Shown here one piece after another: positions 1 to 8,798 of a stretch of DNA of 61,323 nt (its first letter is position 1; each line of letters starts with the position of its first letter). The position numbers and the translations under genes were made by a program. Source of the DNA: a virus (lineage: Duplodnaviria > Caudoviricetes); IMG/VR virus record IMGVR_UViG_3300044714_000062, positions 1 through 61,323 of that record; one strand, given 5' to 3'. Below the pieces are notes generated by a model, which was not told where the DNA came from, searched no databases, and was given only the letters and a program-made list of their open reading frames with translations.

Positions 1-127
1 TGGATCTTACCGGGCGACAGCCGTTGTTACCGTGCGATGAGCCATCTTACCGCACCCTTCCCGCCCATGTCAAGGGCTCCGGCATAATTTTTTTGAGCGG
101 TGCGCATCTGCCCCTCGAACCGCTCCC
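1..127. repeat. Terminal direct repeat, copy 1 (identical to 61197-61323); circular assembly overlap
   Basis: Exact 127-nt identity between the two window ends; 127 is a common assembler k-mer size. Confidence 0.95.
7..94 (-). promoter_or_regulatory. Early promoter (TTGACA-18 bp-TAAGAT, upstream A-tract) with TTACCG operator-like repeats
   Basis: -35 at 68-73 and -10 at 44-49 on the minus strand; TTACCG at 7, 27 and 47; points across the junction into the early operon starting at 61152. Confidence 0.75.
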
Positions 128-1019
128 GCCGCCGCCCCACAGACTCCTCGCCGAACCGTAGGCCCTGCACGCTCTCGGCCAGCTCCTCAAGCCCTGGACG
201 GTCCACGTACACGCTCGCCGTGGTGTTGACGCTTGCGTGACCCATCATCGCCTGGGCGGCCCGGAGGCCGGCATGCCGGGCGATGTGGTCCCCGAAGGCG
301 TGGCGAAGAAGGTGCGGCGTGACGTGCCGGGCGATCCCCGCCTGGTGCGCAACGCGGGCGACGAGGTGCCCGAGCGCGCTATGGCTGATCTTGTAGGAGG
401 GGGCACGTTGGTTGCGCCCGCTGTTATCGCACGCCCGGATCACGGTGTCATTGACGCCGACGGTAGCGCGGATGTCCGCGATGACGGGCTCCAGTTCGGG
501 CAGCACTGGCACCCAGCGTTCGCGTTTGCCCTTCGCGATGTCCGGGGAGAACCAGACGAACCCGGGCCGGTCGAAGTGCCTTCCGCGGAACCCTTTCAGC
601 TCCACCGCACGGGCGCCGGCGCAGGCACCGAGGAGCATCACGCGGCGCTCCCGGATGTCCTGGCACGCGGCGATCATCGCCAGAACCTCCGCCCGGGTGA
701 GACGCGCGATCTCCGGTTTACGGGTCTTCGCCCGCGCGACCTGCCGCGCGGGGTTGTCGGCCCGGTGGCCCTCCGTCAATGTCCAGTCGTAGAAGCTCGT
801 CAGGATGGAGTGCTGTAACGCGCGGGTGTTCGGGTACTCCCACCGTGCGAGGGTCCGCTTCACGTCCTCCCGCGTTGACCGGAGCGGCCCCGCGGAGGTG
901 TCATGGGCGTGCGCAGCAAGCGCCCGCCGGTAGGACCGCACCGATTCCTCGCTGTTGATTCTCCCTGCCTGCCGCTGGTCGCGCAGGTACTCGCTGATCG
1001 CGTCATGCCACCGCATCAT
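27..1019 (-). CDS. int: Tyrosine recombinase / phage integrase
   Basis: N-terminal core-binding region (ADNPA); catalytic GARAVEL (R), AKGKRER (K), PHLLRHAF (HxxR), MGHASVNTT..VY (H, Y). Confidence 0.93.
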   Translation of the reverse strand: MMRWHDAISEYLRDQRQAGRINSEESVRSYRRALAAHAHDTSAGPLRSTREDVKRTLARWEYPNTRALQHSILTSFYDWTLTEGHRADNPARQVARAKTRKPEIARLTRAEVLAMIAACQDIRERRVMLLGACAGARAVELKGFRGRHFDRPGFVWFSPDIAKGKRERWVPVLPELEPVIADIRATVGVNDTVIRACDNSGRNQRAPSYKISHSALGHLVARVAHQAGIARHVTPHLLRHAFGDHIARHAGLRAAQAMMGHASVNTTASVYVDRPGLEELAESVQGLRFGEESVGRRRERFEGQMRTAQKNYAGALDMGGKGAVRWLIAR

Positions 1020-1439
1020 GCCCCCTGTCTGGGCGCAGCGACGCGGTATCCTGCCGAGCGCGCCGCGACCCTTACCGTCGCGTTGCCATGCCCCCGGCGA
1101 TCCTTAGTCGCGCGGGGGCCCTTATCGGCGCGAAACCGTAGCAGAACACTCCGGGGAAACTACCGACCCCACTGTTCGCATCTTGGGAACCCTCCCTTCC
1201 TGGCTGTCCCTGCCAACAGTAAGTATGCCCGCATTTCCTGGTGATGTCAAGGAATGGAAGCGCCCGGCTCCCCACGTCAGTCTTAGCTGCGGGTGCGCGG
1301 CGCCTGCCCGATGGTTCCAGCAGAGGCAGGCCACCTTCCCCCAAATCGCGCTGGTCTCCGGCCGCCACGCACACCGCGTGGTCTCTCACGCCACCTGGGA
1401 GTCTACCTCCCGCTCCGGCGCCCCCATAGACGCACGAAA

Positions 1440-1460
1440 GCCCCAGCGGGTAGCTGGGGC
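1440..1460 (-). terminator. Intrinsic terminator-like hairpin after the RHH-like gene
   Basis: GCCCCAGC-N5-GCTGGGGC stem followed by TTT on the minus strand, just after the stop at 1466. Confidence 0.65.
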
Positions 1461-1465
1461 TCAGG

Positions 1466-1684
1466 TCAGTCGGAAGATGGCGCGGTGAGGTCCGTTGAAA
1501 GCTCGCCGACGATCCCGTGCTCCCACGCTAGTAGCAGATCGCGGAGTGCAGAGGAGCGCGTGGTCTCCTTGGCGAGTCGTTTAGCGGCGACCATTGGCTG
1601 CCGTTCGTAGTAGGCGCGGAATGCGATGACGAGGCGGTCGAGGCGGTCGGCGTCGTCCTGGTCGATGCGTATGTGTAGGTCCAT
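1466..1684 (-). CDS. Small ribbon-helix-helix-like DNA-binding regulator (leaderless)
   Basis: MDLHIRID beta-strand, DADRLDRL helix, TRSSALRDLL helix; extended -10 TGcTACACT 7 nt before the ATG. Confidence 0.6.
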   Translation of the reverse strand: MDLHIRIDQDDADRLDRLVIAFRAYYERQPMVAAKRLAKETTRSSALRDLLLAWEHGIVGELSTDLTAPSSD

Positions 1685-1743
1685 GCCGCATAGTGTAGCA
1701 TGGTTGTGTTGACAGTGTGCTGAGCATGTGCTACGATACGCCT
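1685..1743. promoter_or_regulatory. Divergent overlapping promoters
   Basis: Plus: TTGACA (1709-1714)-17 bp-TACGAT (1732-1737). Minus: TACACT -10. Repeated AGCA/TGCT boxes. Confidence 0.7.
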
Positions 1744-1769
1744 ATGGCTCTCGAAGACCCACTCGCGTT

Positions 1770-2018
1770 CGGAGGCGACCAGCGATGACCACGACCGAGA
1801 AGCAGTATGGCTGGCATATCGACCGGGGCGGCGCCGTGCATCGCCTCCGTCGCCCTGCTCGTCACGGCCGCGCCCACTTGGCGAGCGCTTATCTGATCGG
1901 CTACGTGTGGCGCGAACGGCGAGGCTGGCGCAACGACCAGTGCTGCGACCACTTCCCGACGCAGCGGGCCGCGGCGGAATCGCTGGACCGGATCGTTCCC
2001 GGAGGCGACCAGCGATGA
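1770..2018 (+). repeat. 19-bp direct repeat CGGAGGCGACCAGCGATGA (1770-1788 and 2000-2018)
   Basis: Exact repeat containing the RBS and an ATGA start/stop overlap. Confidence 0.9.
1785..2018 (+). CDS. Hypothetical protein
   Basis: GGAGG RBS; ATGA-coupled to the next gene. Confidence 0.6.
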   Translation: MTTTEKQYGWHIDRGGAVHRLRRPARHGRAHLASAYLIGYVWRERRGWRNDQCCDHFPTQRAAAESLDRIVPGGDQR

Positions 2019-2224
2019 GCGGGCGCACCCAGCCGAGGGAATGGACGCTTGCGAATCCGTTTGGTACGGGGATGGTTGCGGACGGTCCCGAGATCAGCCT
2101 CAGCGAGGAAGTCAGAGTCATCGAGCTTGAGCCGGTAGTCGACATGTTGAAGAACAACTATGACCCCGGCTTCCGCGACGACGATGTAGAGCAGTTTCTC
2201 CGCGCCCATGGGAGGCTCCAGTGA
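2015..2224 (+). CDS. Hypothetical protein
   Basis: GGAGG RBS, overlapping start/stop; MSGRTQPREW... Confidence 0.6.
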   Translation: MSGRTQPREWTLANPFGTGMVADGPEISLSEEVRVIELEPVVDMLKNNYDPGFRDDDVEQFLRAHGRLQ

Positions 2225-2459
2225 CCGTGCCTCTCTCCTACTTCCTGGACAGGCCACGATGAGCGACGCCGCTACCACATCGTTGATCTCCGACGAGATC
2301 CTGGAGGCCGTGGATATTTCGGCCTCCCTCCAGGCGGGAGCACCCAACGGCTCCCCGGAGCGTATGCGGGGAATCACGCTGCGGGTTCTCGTCTCCCAGT
2401 TCCGCCAGATGCGCAGCCGACTTGCTGTCGTAGACCCAGGCTGGAGGCCCACCAAGTGA
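2221..2459 (+). CDS. Hypothetical protein (start uncertain)
   Basis: ORF within the same plus-strand cluster. Confidence 0.4.
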
Positions 2460-2698
2460 GCGCCGGGTTCGGCATGTGCGCAGGCTGCGGCAACCCGCTG
2501 ACCGACCGAGAGATGCTGCTCGGCGACGTGTGCGACCCGTGCGGTGATGAGCCCAGCATCATGTGTGGCCCGAGTGCAGGGGATGACCTTGTGGACCCGT
2601 GCTATGGCGACGAGGAGGAAGCGTGATGTCTGAGGGGTTGGGGCGCTCCCCCGGCAGGCCGGCCACCGGAGAGCCATCGTGATGGCGCCACGCGCACC

Positions 2699-3034
2699 GT
2701 GGGAAGTCGCGGCAGACACGTGCCAGAGCGAATCGCTCAATGCGAGCGCGAGGGGTTTCGCAAAGGCTGGGCTGCGGCCCGCGACCACCACCCACCTTCG
2801 ACGGGCTACGAGGTCAAGATCACGCGCTCCCTCCTCGGCATCTACTACCCCCACGTCTCACTCGATGGGGAGTCCGTGAGCGCAAGCATTGTGGGTCCCG
2901 TGATGGGCTGCATGACCCACAAGTCCGCTGTCGCCCTCGGACGCCGAATCGCTGAGCGCCATCAAGAGAACTCGCAGCCACCCGTCCCGCTCGACCCCGG
3001 TGCCCCCGAGCGGCTGGCGTACAACCCCCCCTGA
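2699..3034 (+). CDS. Hypothetical protein
   Basis: Globular-looking C-terminal half; ends just before a terminator. Confidence 0.45.
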   Translation: MGSRGRHVPERIAQCEREGFRKGWAAARDHHPPSTGYEVKITRSLLGIYYPHVSLDGESVSASIVGPVMGCMTHKSAVALGRRIAERHQENSQPPVPLDPGAPERLAYNPP

Positions 3035-3041
3035 GACGCGA

Positions 3042-3074
3042 GAAGGCCCCCAGCCAAAACGGCTGAGGGCCTTC
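3042..3074. terminator. Hairpin between convergent transcription units
   Basis: GAAGGCCC.CAGCC-AAAAC-GGCTG.GGGCCTTC inverted repeat. Confidence 0.65.
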
Positions 3075-3263
3075 AAGGGTCCCGCCAGAGCGCGAACGGT
3101 CGGCGGGAAGGAATGGTAGGGCGGCTAACCGACTGCGCCTGCCGGCCGCCCACGTTCTTCTTCCGTCACGCCAGCAGTTCGGTAGCTATTCTCCCGGGGC
3201 TCTGCGATGAAGGGCGCGAAGACGAGTGAGTTTATACGGCGCCCCGGATAGCGGACGAGGCGC

Positions 3264-3536
3264 CTACGGGGCGAGAGCCCGAGAAAGCAACTCCGCCTGC
3301 TCCCCCGTCAGCTCGACATCGCTCTTCCCGCGACGAGCACGCCACAGGCCAACCCACTCCCGCAACCCAACGCCACGCGGAGGGACCATGCTCATCTGGT
3401 CACGCGGACAGCCGCTGGAGAACTCGATGCGCCAGACACAGCCGTGGCAGTCGCCGCCGCAGTCCATCGCGGGGTCTCTCCGCTTGGCGGTGCGGTGGTC
3501 CACAAGCTCCCGGCCGCAGATTCCACAAGCGCTCAC
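3264..3536 (-). CDS. Cys-rich hypothetical protein
   Basis: CxxC and DCGGDCxxC motifs. Confidence 0.5.
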   Translation of the reverse strand: MSACGICGRELVDHRTAKRRDPAMDCGGDCHGCVWRIEFSSGCPRDQMSMVPPRGVGLREWVGLWRARRGKSDVELTGEQAELLSRALAP

Positions 3537-3545
3537 CAGCCGAGT

Positions 3546-3908
3546 CTACTTCACGACCTGGACACGCTCAACGCGCCGGCCGAAGACGATCGCGGTCTGG
3601 CAGTCGGGCGTGTAGAAGTCCAACTGCGACCCTGCGCCTATGCGATCCTCGACGACGAACCGCGTGCGCCCCCACACCGCTGGGGAGACCACCAGGTGTG
3701 TGCCGAGCGGCCACATGTTGTTGGCGACCTCGCCGACGAACGGGGCCTGCCCGGACGCCGTGATGGTGCCCTGGCAATAAGCGGTCCCGGATAGTGCAAC
3801 AGCGTGAGTTGCTGCGAGTATGGCGAACAGAAGTCGGATGCATCCTTCTCCCTCCTTCGGAACGGTGCAGCCACGGCCGCACCCGGTCACGCCGAGCTTT
3901 GGTCTCAT
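3546..3908 (-). CDS. 3D-domain (MltA-like) cell-wall hydrolase with signal peptide; start uncertain
   Basis: TAYC..ITASG..VA..PLGT..VEDRIG..LDFY..AIVFGRR pattern; hydrophobic N-terminal segment. Confidence 0.8.
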   Translation of the reverse strand: MRPKLGVTGCGRGCTVPKEGEGCIRLLFAILAATHAVALSGTAYCQGTITASGQAPFVGEVANNMWPLGTHLVVSPAVWGRTRFVVEDRIGAGSQLDFYTPDCQTAIVFGRRVERVQVVK

Positions 3909-3980
3909 GGGCTGCGTCGAAATTGAGCAGACCGAAACGAGACCAAAGCTGAGGCGTCTTCCCGCCCGAAGGCGAGGCCA
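3860..3980 (-). ncRNA. Candidate structured RNA leader (three hairpins)
   Basis: 12-bp perfect stem 3895-3906/3939-3950 with inner and outer extensions; cUUCGg hairpin 3961-3976; hairpin 3864-3883. Confidence 0.45.
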
Positions 3981-3985
3981 ACCCC

Positions 3986-4261
3986 CTATTCGGGTTTGAG
4001 AGCCGTGAGCGCCTGCACCGCAGGGTCGAGCCCGTTCACCGCTTCGGTGAGTTTGGTGAGGTCCACGGGCTGCCCTTCGTTGATCTTGGCCTGGAGTTCG
4101 TTCAGCTCCGTCTGTAGCGTGCCCTTCGCTGTGGCGAGGTCGGTGGCGACCTGGGCGACAGCGGTTTCCAGCGCGGCGACATTTTCCTGCTCGGCCATTT
4201 GTTCTCCTTCGATGTCGGATACACGTCTCTCCAGAGCGGCGAGACGCTTGAACAACCTCAT
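3986..4261 (-). CDS. Coiled-coil hypothetical protein (alternative start 4198)
   Basis: Heptad pattern; strong RBS before the internal ATG. Confidence 0.65.
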   Translation of the reverse strand: MRLFKRLAALERRVSDIEGEQMAEQENVAALETAVAQVATDLATAKGTLQTELNELQAKINEGQPVDLTKLTEAVNGLDPAVQALTALKPE

Positions 4262-4731
4262 GCGGCGCGGGCCTCTTCTGGGGGGCCGACAACCCCGATC
4301 TCGTTGTTCGCCAGCGCCGTGATGACATGTTTCGGGTCCGTCGAGGTGCGCAGCACGTTCCACTCGGGGGTCGGCAACGAGTGGACACCCTCCTGGCCCC
4401 GGTGATGGAGAACGCACAGGGGCTCCAGATTCCCCTCCTGCTCAACATACTCTTGGAACTCCTCGTCGGACAGGTGCAGCCCGTAAGCGTGGTTGAACTT
4501 TTCGAGGTCGATGTCACCAATGTGCGCGTACTCCACCTTGTCGTGGTGCAGCTCGATCCCGCCGTAGTGATAATCGGATTCGACGTTGCACTTGAGGAGG
4601 CCCTGTCGCTTCAGGCGCTCTTTGGCCTGGTGGAATAGCTTGTAGTTGGGGTCCTTCTCGCGGGGTTCGTGAGCGGGCCAACGCTCAATGAACCGCACCG
4701 TCACTTCCTCTTCGTGGGCTGGCGTGCTCAT
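4258..4731 (-). CDS. HNH-like nuclease-fold protein
   Basis: IELHH...NLEPLCVLHH...GVH. Confidence 0.55.
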   Translation of the reverse strand: MSTPAHEEEVTVRFIERWPAHEPREKDPNYKLFHQAKERLKRQGLLKCNVESDYHYGGIELHHDKVEYAHIGDIDLEKFNHAYGLHLSDEEFQEYVEQEGNLEPLCVLHHRGQEGVHSLPTPEWNVLRTSTDPKHVITALANNEIGVVGPPEEARAA

Positions 4732-4943
4732 GTAGTTTTCTCCGCGAGCTCGGCGGTCACGACGTCCCCGTAATGCGCGTTGCCGTCCGTCACATCCAAC
4801 GACAACCATGGCGCGTGCTGAGTCGTGCTCTCCACGTCAGCGCCCTCGAAGACCGCGACCTGGACGGCCTCCACCCCGTTCTCCTTCGCTACTTCGGCCA
4901 AGCGCTCTAGTTCTGCGGCTGGGATGCTCCCCTGGAGACTCAT
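4728..4943 (-). CDS. Hypothetical acidic protein
   Basis: RBS, coupled ORF. Confidence 0.55.
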   Translation of the reverse strand: MSLQGSIPAAELERLAEVAKENGVEAVQVAVFEGADVESTTQHAPWLSLDVTDGNAHYGDVVTAELAEKTT

Positions 4944-4947
4944 ATAC

Positions 4948-5682
4948 TCACCTCTCTGTATAGACGCCAGCTTCGCCGCCTTCGCGGAGTAGCTGGTCGA
5001 AAGTCGCGGTCGGCATCCAGCACACGGAGGCGCCCTCCCCGGGGTATGCGAGGCCCCAAGAGTTCTCGAACGGGACGGCCTCTGCGCCTTCTCGGCCGAG
5101 TGCCTTGAGTACTTCCTGGATGCTCGTCGCCCACCGGATCGCGGAGATACCATCGATCGGGTTCGGGGGGTCATCACCGACTTCGCGGGTGCAGACCTCC
5201 TCGCCAGCCTGCACACGGTGGCCCTTGGAGAGCAGGATCTGTGCGCCGGCGTGAACCGTCGCGCCTTCACCGGACGGGTAGGTGCCTTCGAGACGCCTTG
5301 CTTCATCGTACAGCCAGAACGCATCGAAGAACAACTCTTCTAGACGGGTGATCGTGATGGCCCGGCTGTTACCGAACCCAACGCACGCGCCTTCCTCGCC
5401 CTGGTTGTAGAACACCTGCGCCGCTTGGCGATTGCGCTTCACGGCGCCCATCGGCTCGAAACAGAAGCAGTGACCACCCCGGACGGTGCCGAGGTCTTCG
5501 TCCTTCGCCACATCCGGCAGGTGGAAAGACCCGTCGATCACTTTCGGTTCGTCGAACGACGTGTACCAGGGGAAGCCGACCACGACCGGCACATCGGTCG
5601 GGAAGCCCGCTGGCGCCGCGGCGAGAGGTTTCTCCGCGACGTGCGGTTTCTCTGCGGGGATGATGCAGCCGAGAGGCCCCAT
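4948..5682 (-). CDS. Papain-like (C1-type) cysteine peptidase with permuted motif order
   Basis: GGH (H71), NQGEEGACVGF (Q94, C100), ENSWG (N207, W209). Confidence 0.85.
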   Translation of the reverse strand: MGPLGCIIPAEKPHVAEKPLAAAPAGFPTDVPVVVGFPWYTSFDEPKVIDGSFHLPDVAKDEDLGTVRGGHCFCFEPMGAVKRNRQAAQVFYNQGEEGACVGFGNSRAITITRLEELFFDAFWLYDEARRLEGTYPSGEGATVHAGAQILLSKGHRVQAGEEVCTREVGDDPPNPIDGISAIRWATSIQEVLKALGREGAEAVPFENSWGLAYPGEGASVCWMPTATFDQLLREGGEAGVYTER

Positions 5683-5684
5683 CG

Positions 5685-5924
5685 TCAGACCTTCGCTTTC
5701 GCGGCCGGCGCGTAGTGGCCGCTCAGCACATGGTGAGCGGTCAGCCAGCCGAGGGCGGCGGTGATCCCGAACACGGCGACCTGCGAGACCACGCTCGCGA
5801 TCGTCGAGGCTCCGAGGTGGAACAGCGCGAGGAAGTGGACGTGGACGACGAGCCATGTCGCGGCGGCGCCCGAGACGACAGGTACGACGACTGCGGCTAG
5901 CCACGCCTTGATGGTTTCAGCCAT
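5685..5924 (-). CDS. Holin-like membrane protein
   Basis: 79 aa, two hydrophobic segments, lysis-region context. Confidence 0.65.
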   Translation of the reverse strand: MAETIKAWLAAVVVPVVSGAAATWLVVHVHFLALFHLGASTIASVVSQVAVFGITAALGWLTAHHVLSGHYAPAAKAKV

Positions 5925-5947
5925 TTGCTCCTTCTCCTTTGGTTGGG

Positions 5948-6211
5948 TTACTCTCCGGTGTAGGTCAGGGTGAGCGTGACGGTCGTGCCCGGCTCGACGG
6001 GTACCCCCGGCTGCGCCCCAGGGACACCCGTGATGTAGGCAAACCCGGAAGCTTCGTTGGCGGGGTTCGGGCAGATCGCGCGCACGACGCCCTTGTCGGA
6101 GCTCGCGCCCTGGATGCCGGACTCCAGGCTCACGTCCAGGGGGATTTCGGCGAGCGCGGTCCCGTCGCCGCGGACCTCCAGTTCGACTGTCTGCGTGGTT
6201 GTTTCTCCCAT
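5948..6211 (-). CDS. Hypothetical beta-rich protein
   Basis: RBS AGGAG; plausible ORF. Confidence 0.55.
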   Translation of the reverse strand: MGETTTQTVELEVRGDGTALAEIPLDVSLESGIQGASSDKGVVRAICPNPANEASGFAYITGVPGAQPGVPVEPGTTVTLTLTYTGE

Positions 6212-6425
6212 GCTGGTCTCCTTTGGTTAGGCCGCGAGGGTTTCTGCGCGGCGTATCGACTGGTATTCACGCGGCGGCACAACGGGCTCGCCGTGCCGAT
6301 GAAGCCATGCGGCGGGGAACGGCAGCACGGCGATACGTGTGTCGCTCTCCCTCCCCCTGGCTGGGGCGAGCTTCAGCGCGCCACCACAAGGCGGACACTT
6401 CACAAGGACTCCCTTCGTCGGGGCA

Positions 6426-6746
6426 TCAGCACTCACGCCAGACGCCATGCTCAAGCCAGCCGTGCCAAAACTCGCCAGGCGTCTTAACCTCTCCGACCAG
6501 CGCGACAACGGGCACGACTTGGCCACCCATGATCGAGCCTCCCACACTGATCGAGCCGTCGGGGTACTCCGTGATGAGGTGGCGGTTACCGTTCCGGTCG
6601 TCCTCATCCACCCACAGACGAGTAGTCGAGCCATCGGGGCAGCACACGAACCAGCCTGCATCGCACTTGCCGTAGTCACCGGGCTCGATCCTGCCGTCGG
6701 CTGCGCGACTCAGCCACTCGCCGTCGGGGAGGCGCCTTCCCCCCAT
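6426..6746 (-). CDS. DUF6527-like small metal-binding protein
   Basis: CCPDG...SISVGGSI...WHGWLEHGVWREC pattern. Confidence 0.5.
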   Translation of the reverse strand: MGGRRLPDGEWLSRAADGRIEPGDYGKCDAGWFVCCPDGSTTRLWVDEDDRNGNRHLITEYPDGSISVGGSIMGGQVVPVVALVGEVKTPGEFWHGWLEHGVWREC

Positions 6747-6873
6747 CAGCGCTCCCCCTCCCTGGTATGCTCAAGCACACAAGTTGGCCCCGCGTGCGTG
6801 CCGATGGGCGACAGCACTCGAACAGCGCCACAACCGACGCGCAGCCCACCAATAGTCAGCCGCGTGCCCTGCA

Positions 6874-7389
6874 TCACGCCAAGCCGTGAGCAACGAAGCG
6901 GTCGTGCCAGATTGCGGCCCAGCGCATCGCGCGTTCCGCGTACTCCTGCGCGGCCGGGCCGCTGCCGTTGTACGCCTCGAAGCCTCCCTGCGTGCCGTGC
7001 TCGACCATCAGCCCATGCAGGAAGTGGAATCCAACGTCGCAGTTGAACCGGGGCTGCCAGCAGCCTCCGAGGTCCTGCGCCTGGATCTGCAACGCGGGGT
7101 CAGTGATCTGCGTCGGCCCGACACCGTTCGGGGTCATCCCGCGGTCCCGGCGTTCCCTGTAAACCACGTACCGCGGCTCGGTGACCTCCTGCTCATACCA
7201 CTCCACGGGGCACGCTGAGCCTTCCCCGCCGAAGATGTTATGGCCAGCGGACTCGTTCTCGATCATCGCCAAGCACTGCGACAGGTCCGGGCGGTCGGGG
7301 CTCGCGGCCTGCGCTTCGACGATAGCCTGCGCGTTCTCGATGCCGTACGCGGCGATCATCCGGGCGCGCTTCTGCTCTAGCTCCGTCAT
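6874..7389 (-). CDS. Endolysin, lytic transglycosylase (SLT-like)
   Basis: MIENES (catalytic E), GVGPTQIT, N..VG..FL, AYNGSG motifs. Confidence 0.8.
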   Translation of the reverse strand: MTELEQKRARMIAAYGIENAQAIVEAQAASPDRPDLSQCLAMIENESAGHNIFGGEGSACPVEWYEQEVTEPRYVVYRERRDRGMTPNGVGPTQITDPALQIQAQDLGGCWQPRFNCDVGFHFLHGLMVEHGTQGGFEAYNGSGPAAQEYAERAMRWAAIWHDRFVAHGLA

Positions 7390-7566
7390 GGATACCTCTC
7401 CTTTGATTGGTCGCAGGGGCGCAGCAGGCGGAGAGGGAGGAGGGAACCTGCCGCGCCCCCACGATTAGAAGCTGACGGTCGGGCGCTTGTAGCCGCGTCA
7501 CTCGGTATCCGCGGTGGCGTCTTGGGTGATGGTGGCGAGCCCTCCGCTCGGTAGCCGCCGCGTGTT

Positions 7567-8097
7567 TCACGTCGTGGCATCGTGCCCCTCCCCTACTACG
7601 GGCTCAGTGGACGGTCTGATCGGTTCGAGCGCAGGACACGGGATCGCCCGCACCGCTTCGAGGATCGTCTTCAGCCCACCCTCAGTTTCCAGGCTCATCG
7701 CGTCGAGCAGCTTCTCGCTGTTCTGCTCCGTCGCCTCCGAACGAGCATCCGACGCCAAACTCTGCACGTTCTGGCCGACCATAATGACCGACAGCAACAC
7801 CAGCTGAATGTATGTCTGCGCGACCCACGCAACGATCAAGATCAACCCCGGGGAGATAAGGAAGTGCGGGAACGTGCCGCTCGGCACCCACCCCGCCTGC
7901 GTGAGGATCGCGGGGAGGCTGCACAGCGCGATCACGCTGAACAGATAAGCGCAGCCCATCGACCCCACGCCCTTGGTGATGAACACCGCGAACTTCGCGT
8001 TGAATCCCTCGACCTCCCCCATCGCCTTGGCGACCTCAGCCGGGTTGAACCGCACGGCCCTCGCGAGATGGTGGTGTGCCTTCACTGGCCTACTCAT
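7567..8097 (-). CDS. DUF1003-like membrane protein
   Basis: FNAKFAVFIT..VGSM; QLVLLSVIMVGQN..DARSE. Confidence 0.7.
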   Translation of the reverse strand: MSRPVKAHHHLARAVRFNPAEVAKAMGEVEGFNAKFAVFITKGVGSMGCAYLFSVIALCSLPAILTQAGWVPSGTFPHFLISPGLILIVAWVAQTYIQLVLLSVIMVGQNVQSLASDARSEATEQNSEKLLDAMSLETEGGLKTILEAVRAIPCPALEPIRPSTEPVVGEGHDATT

Positions 8098-8281
8098 CTG
8101 CCTCTCCTCTGATTGCTTTCTTGATCTCCTCATGGCGCCGGCGAGCGGGCCGCACAATGTGACGGTGGCCAAGCCAAATCAGGAGCGCGCCTACCGCGAG
8201 GCTTGTGGCTGAATCAGCGACCCATTCGCGCATCACTACGACAGCGATCGCGTCCACCGGACCCCCTACAATTCAGATGTT

Positions 8282-8554
8282 ATGTACAGCTACGGCGTAC
8301 TCATCGAGATAGAGCCCGGTGTCACGAGGCCCGCGATTGCGTGTAACGCGGATGACCTCGCGCACGCCCGCGCCCTCGAAGCGCACCGCGAGACCATCCG
8401 CGGCGAACTCGCCGGGCTGATCGCGGACGCGATCCGCTACGACCTCCAGCTACCCGCCGAGCTCCGCGAGCGAGTCTCGCTCTGGGCCGGGGGCATCGCT
8501 GACGGCGAAGCACTCAGGGACGAACTGCGGGACGCTCTCCTTCAGCTGGCGTGA
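8282..8554 (+). CDS. Antisense moron, hypothetical protein
   Basis: TACAAT -10 just upstream; opposite strand within the late operon. Confidence 0.45.
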   Translation: MYSYGVLIEIEPGVTRPAIACNADDLAHARALEAHRETIRGELAGLIADAIRYDLQLPAELRERVSLWAGGIADGEALRDELRDALLQLA

Positions 8555-8783
8555 CCGGGGTCGCGGGGATCTCCCCGCCCTGCGCCTGGATCGACCGGAC
8601 AAGCTGCTCGTTACGCGCGACGAGATCCGTCATCGTGCTATTGACGATCGCGTGGATCTCGACGACCTGCCGCCGGTTGCGTTTCGCCATCACCACTGCG
8701 GCCAAGGCGCTGACCGCCGCAGCGCCGGCTGCTACCAGTGTGCCGACACCCGCCCAGCTCGAAACGAACACCAACCCCGCCAT
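8514..8783 (-). CDS. Membrane-anchored hypothetical (lysis accessory)
   Basis: N-terminal TM; EIHAIVNS coiled segment. Confidence 0.65.
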   Translation of the reverse strand: MAGLVFVSSWAGVGTLVAAGAAAVSALAAVVMAKRNRRQVVEIHAIVNSTMTDLVARNEQLVRSIQAQGGEIPATPVTPAEGERPAVRP

Positions 8784-8798
8784 GAGCGCCTCCTACGA

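Noticed and set aside
1020-1440. attP core or tRNA/tmRNA fragment
   Set aside because: Plausible location upstream of int, but I found no convincing T-arm or core sequence; needs the host genome
3860-3980. c-di-AMP (ydaO) riboswitch
   Set aside because: Characteristic conserved segments not recognisable by eye; kept only as an unknown structured leader
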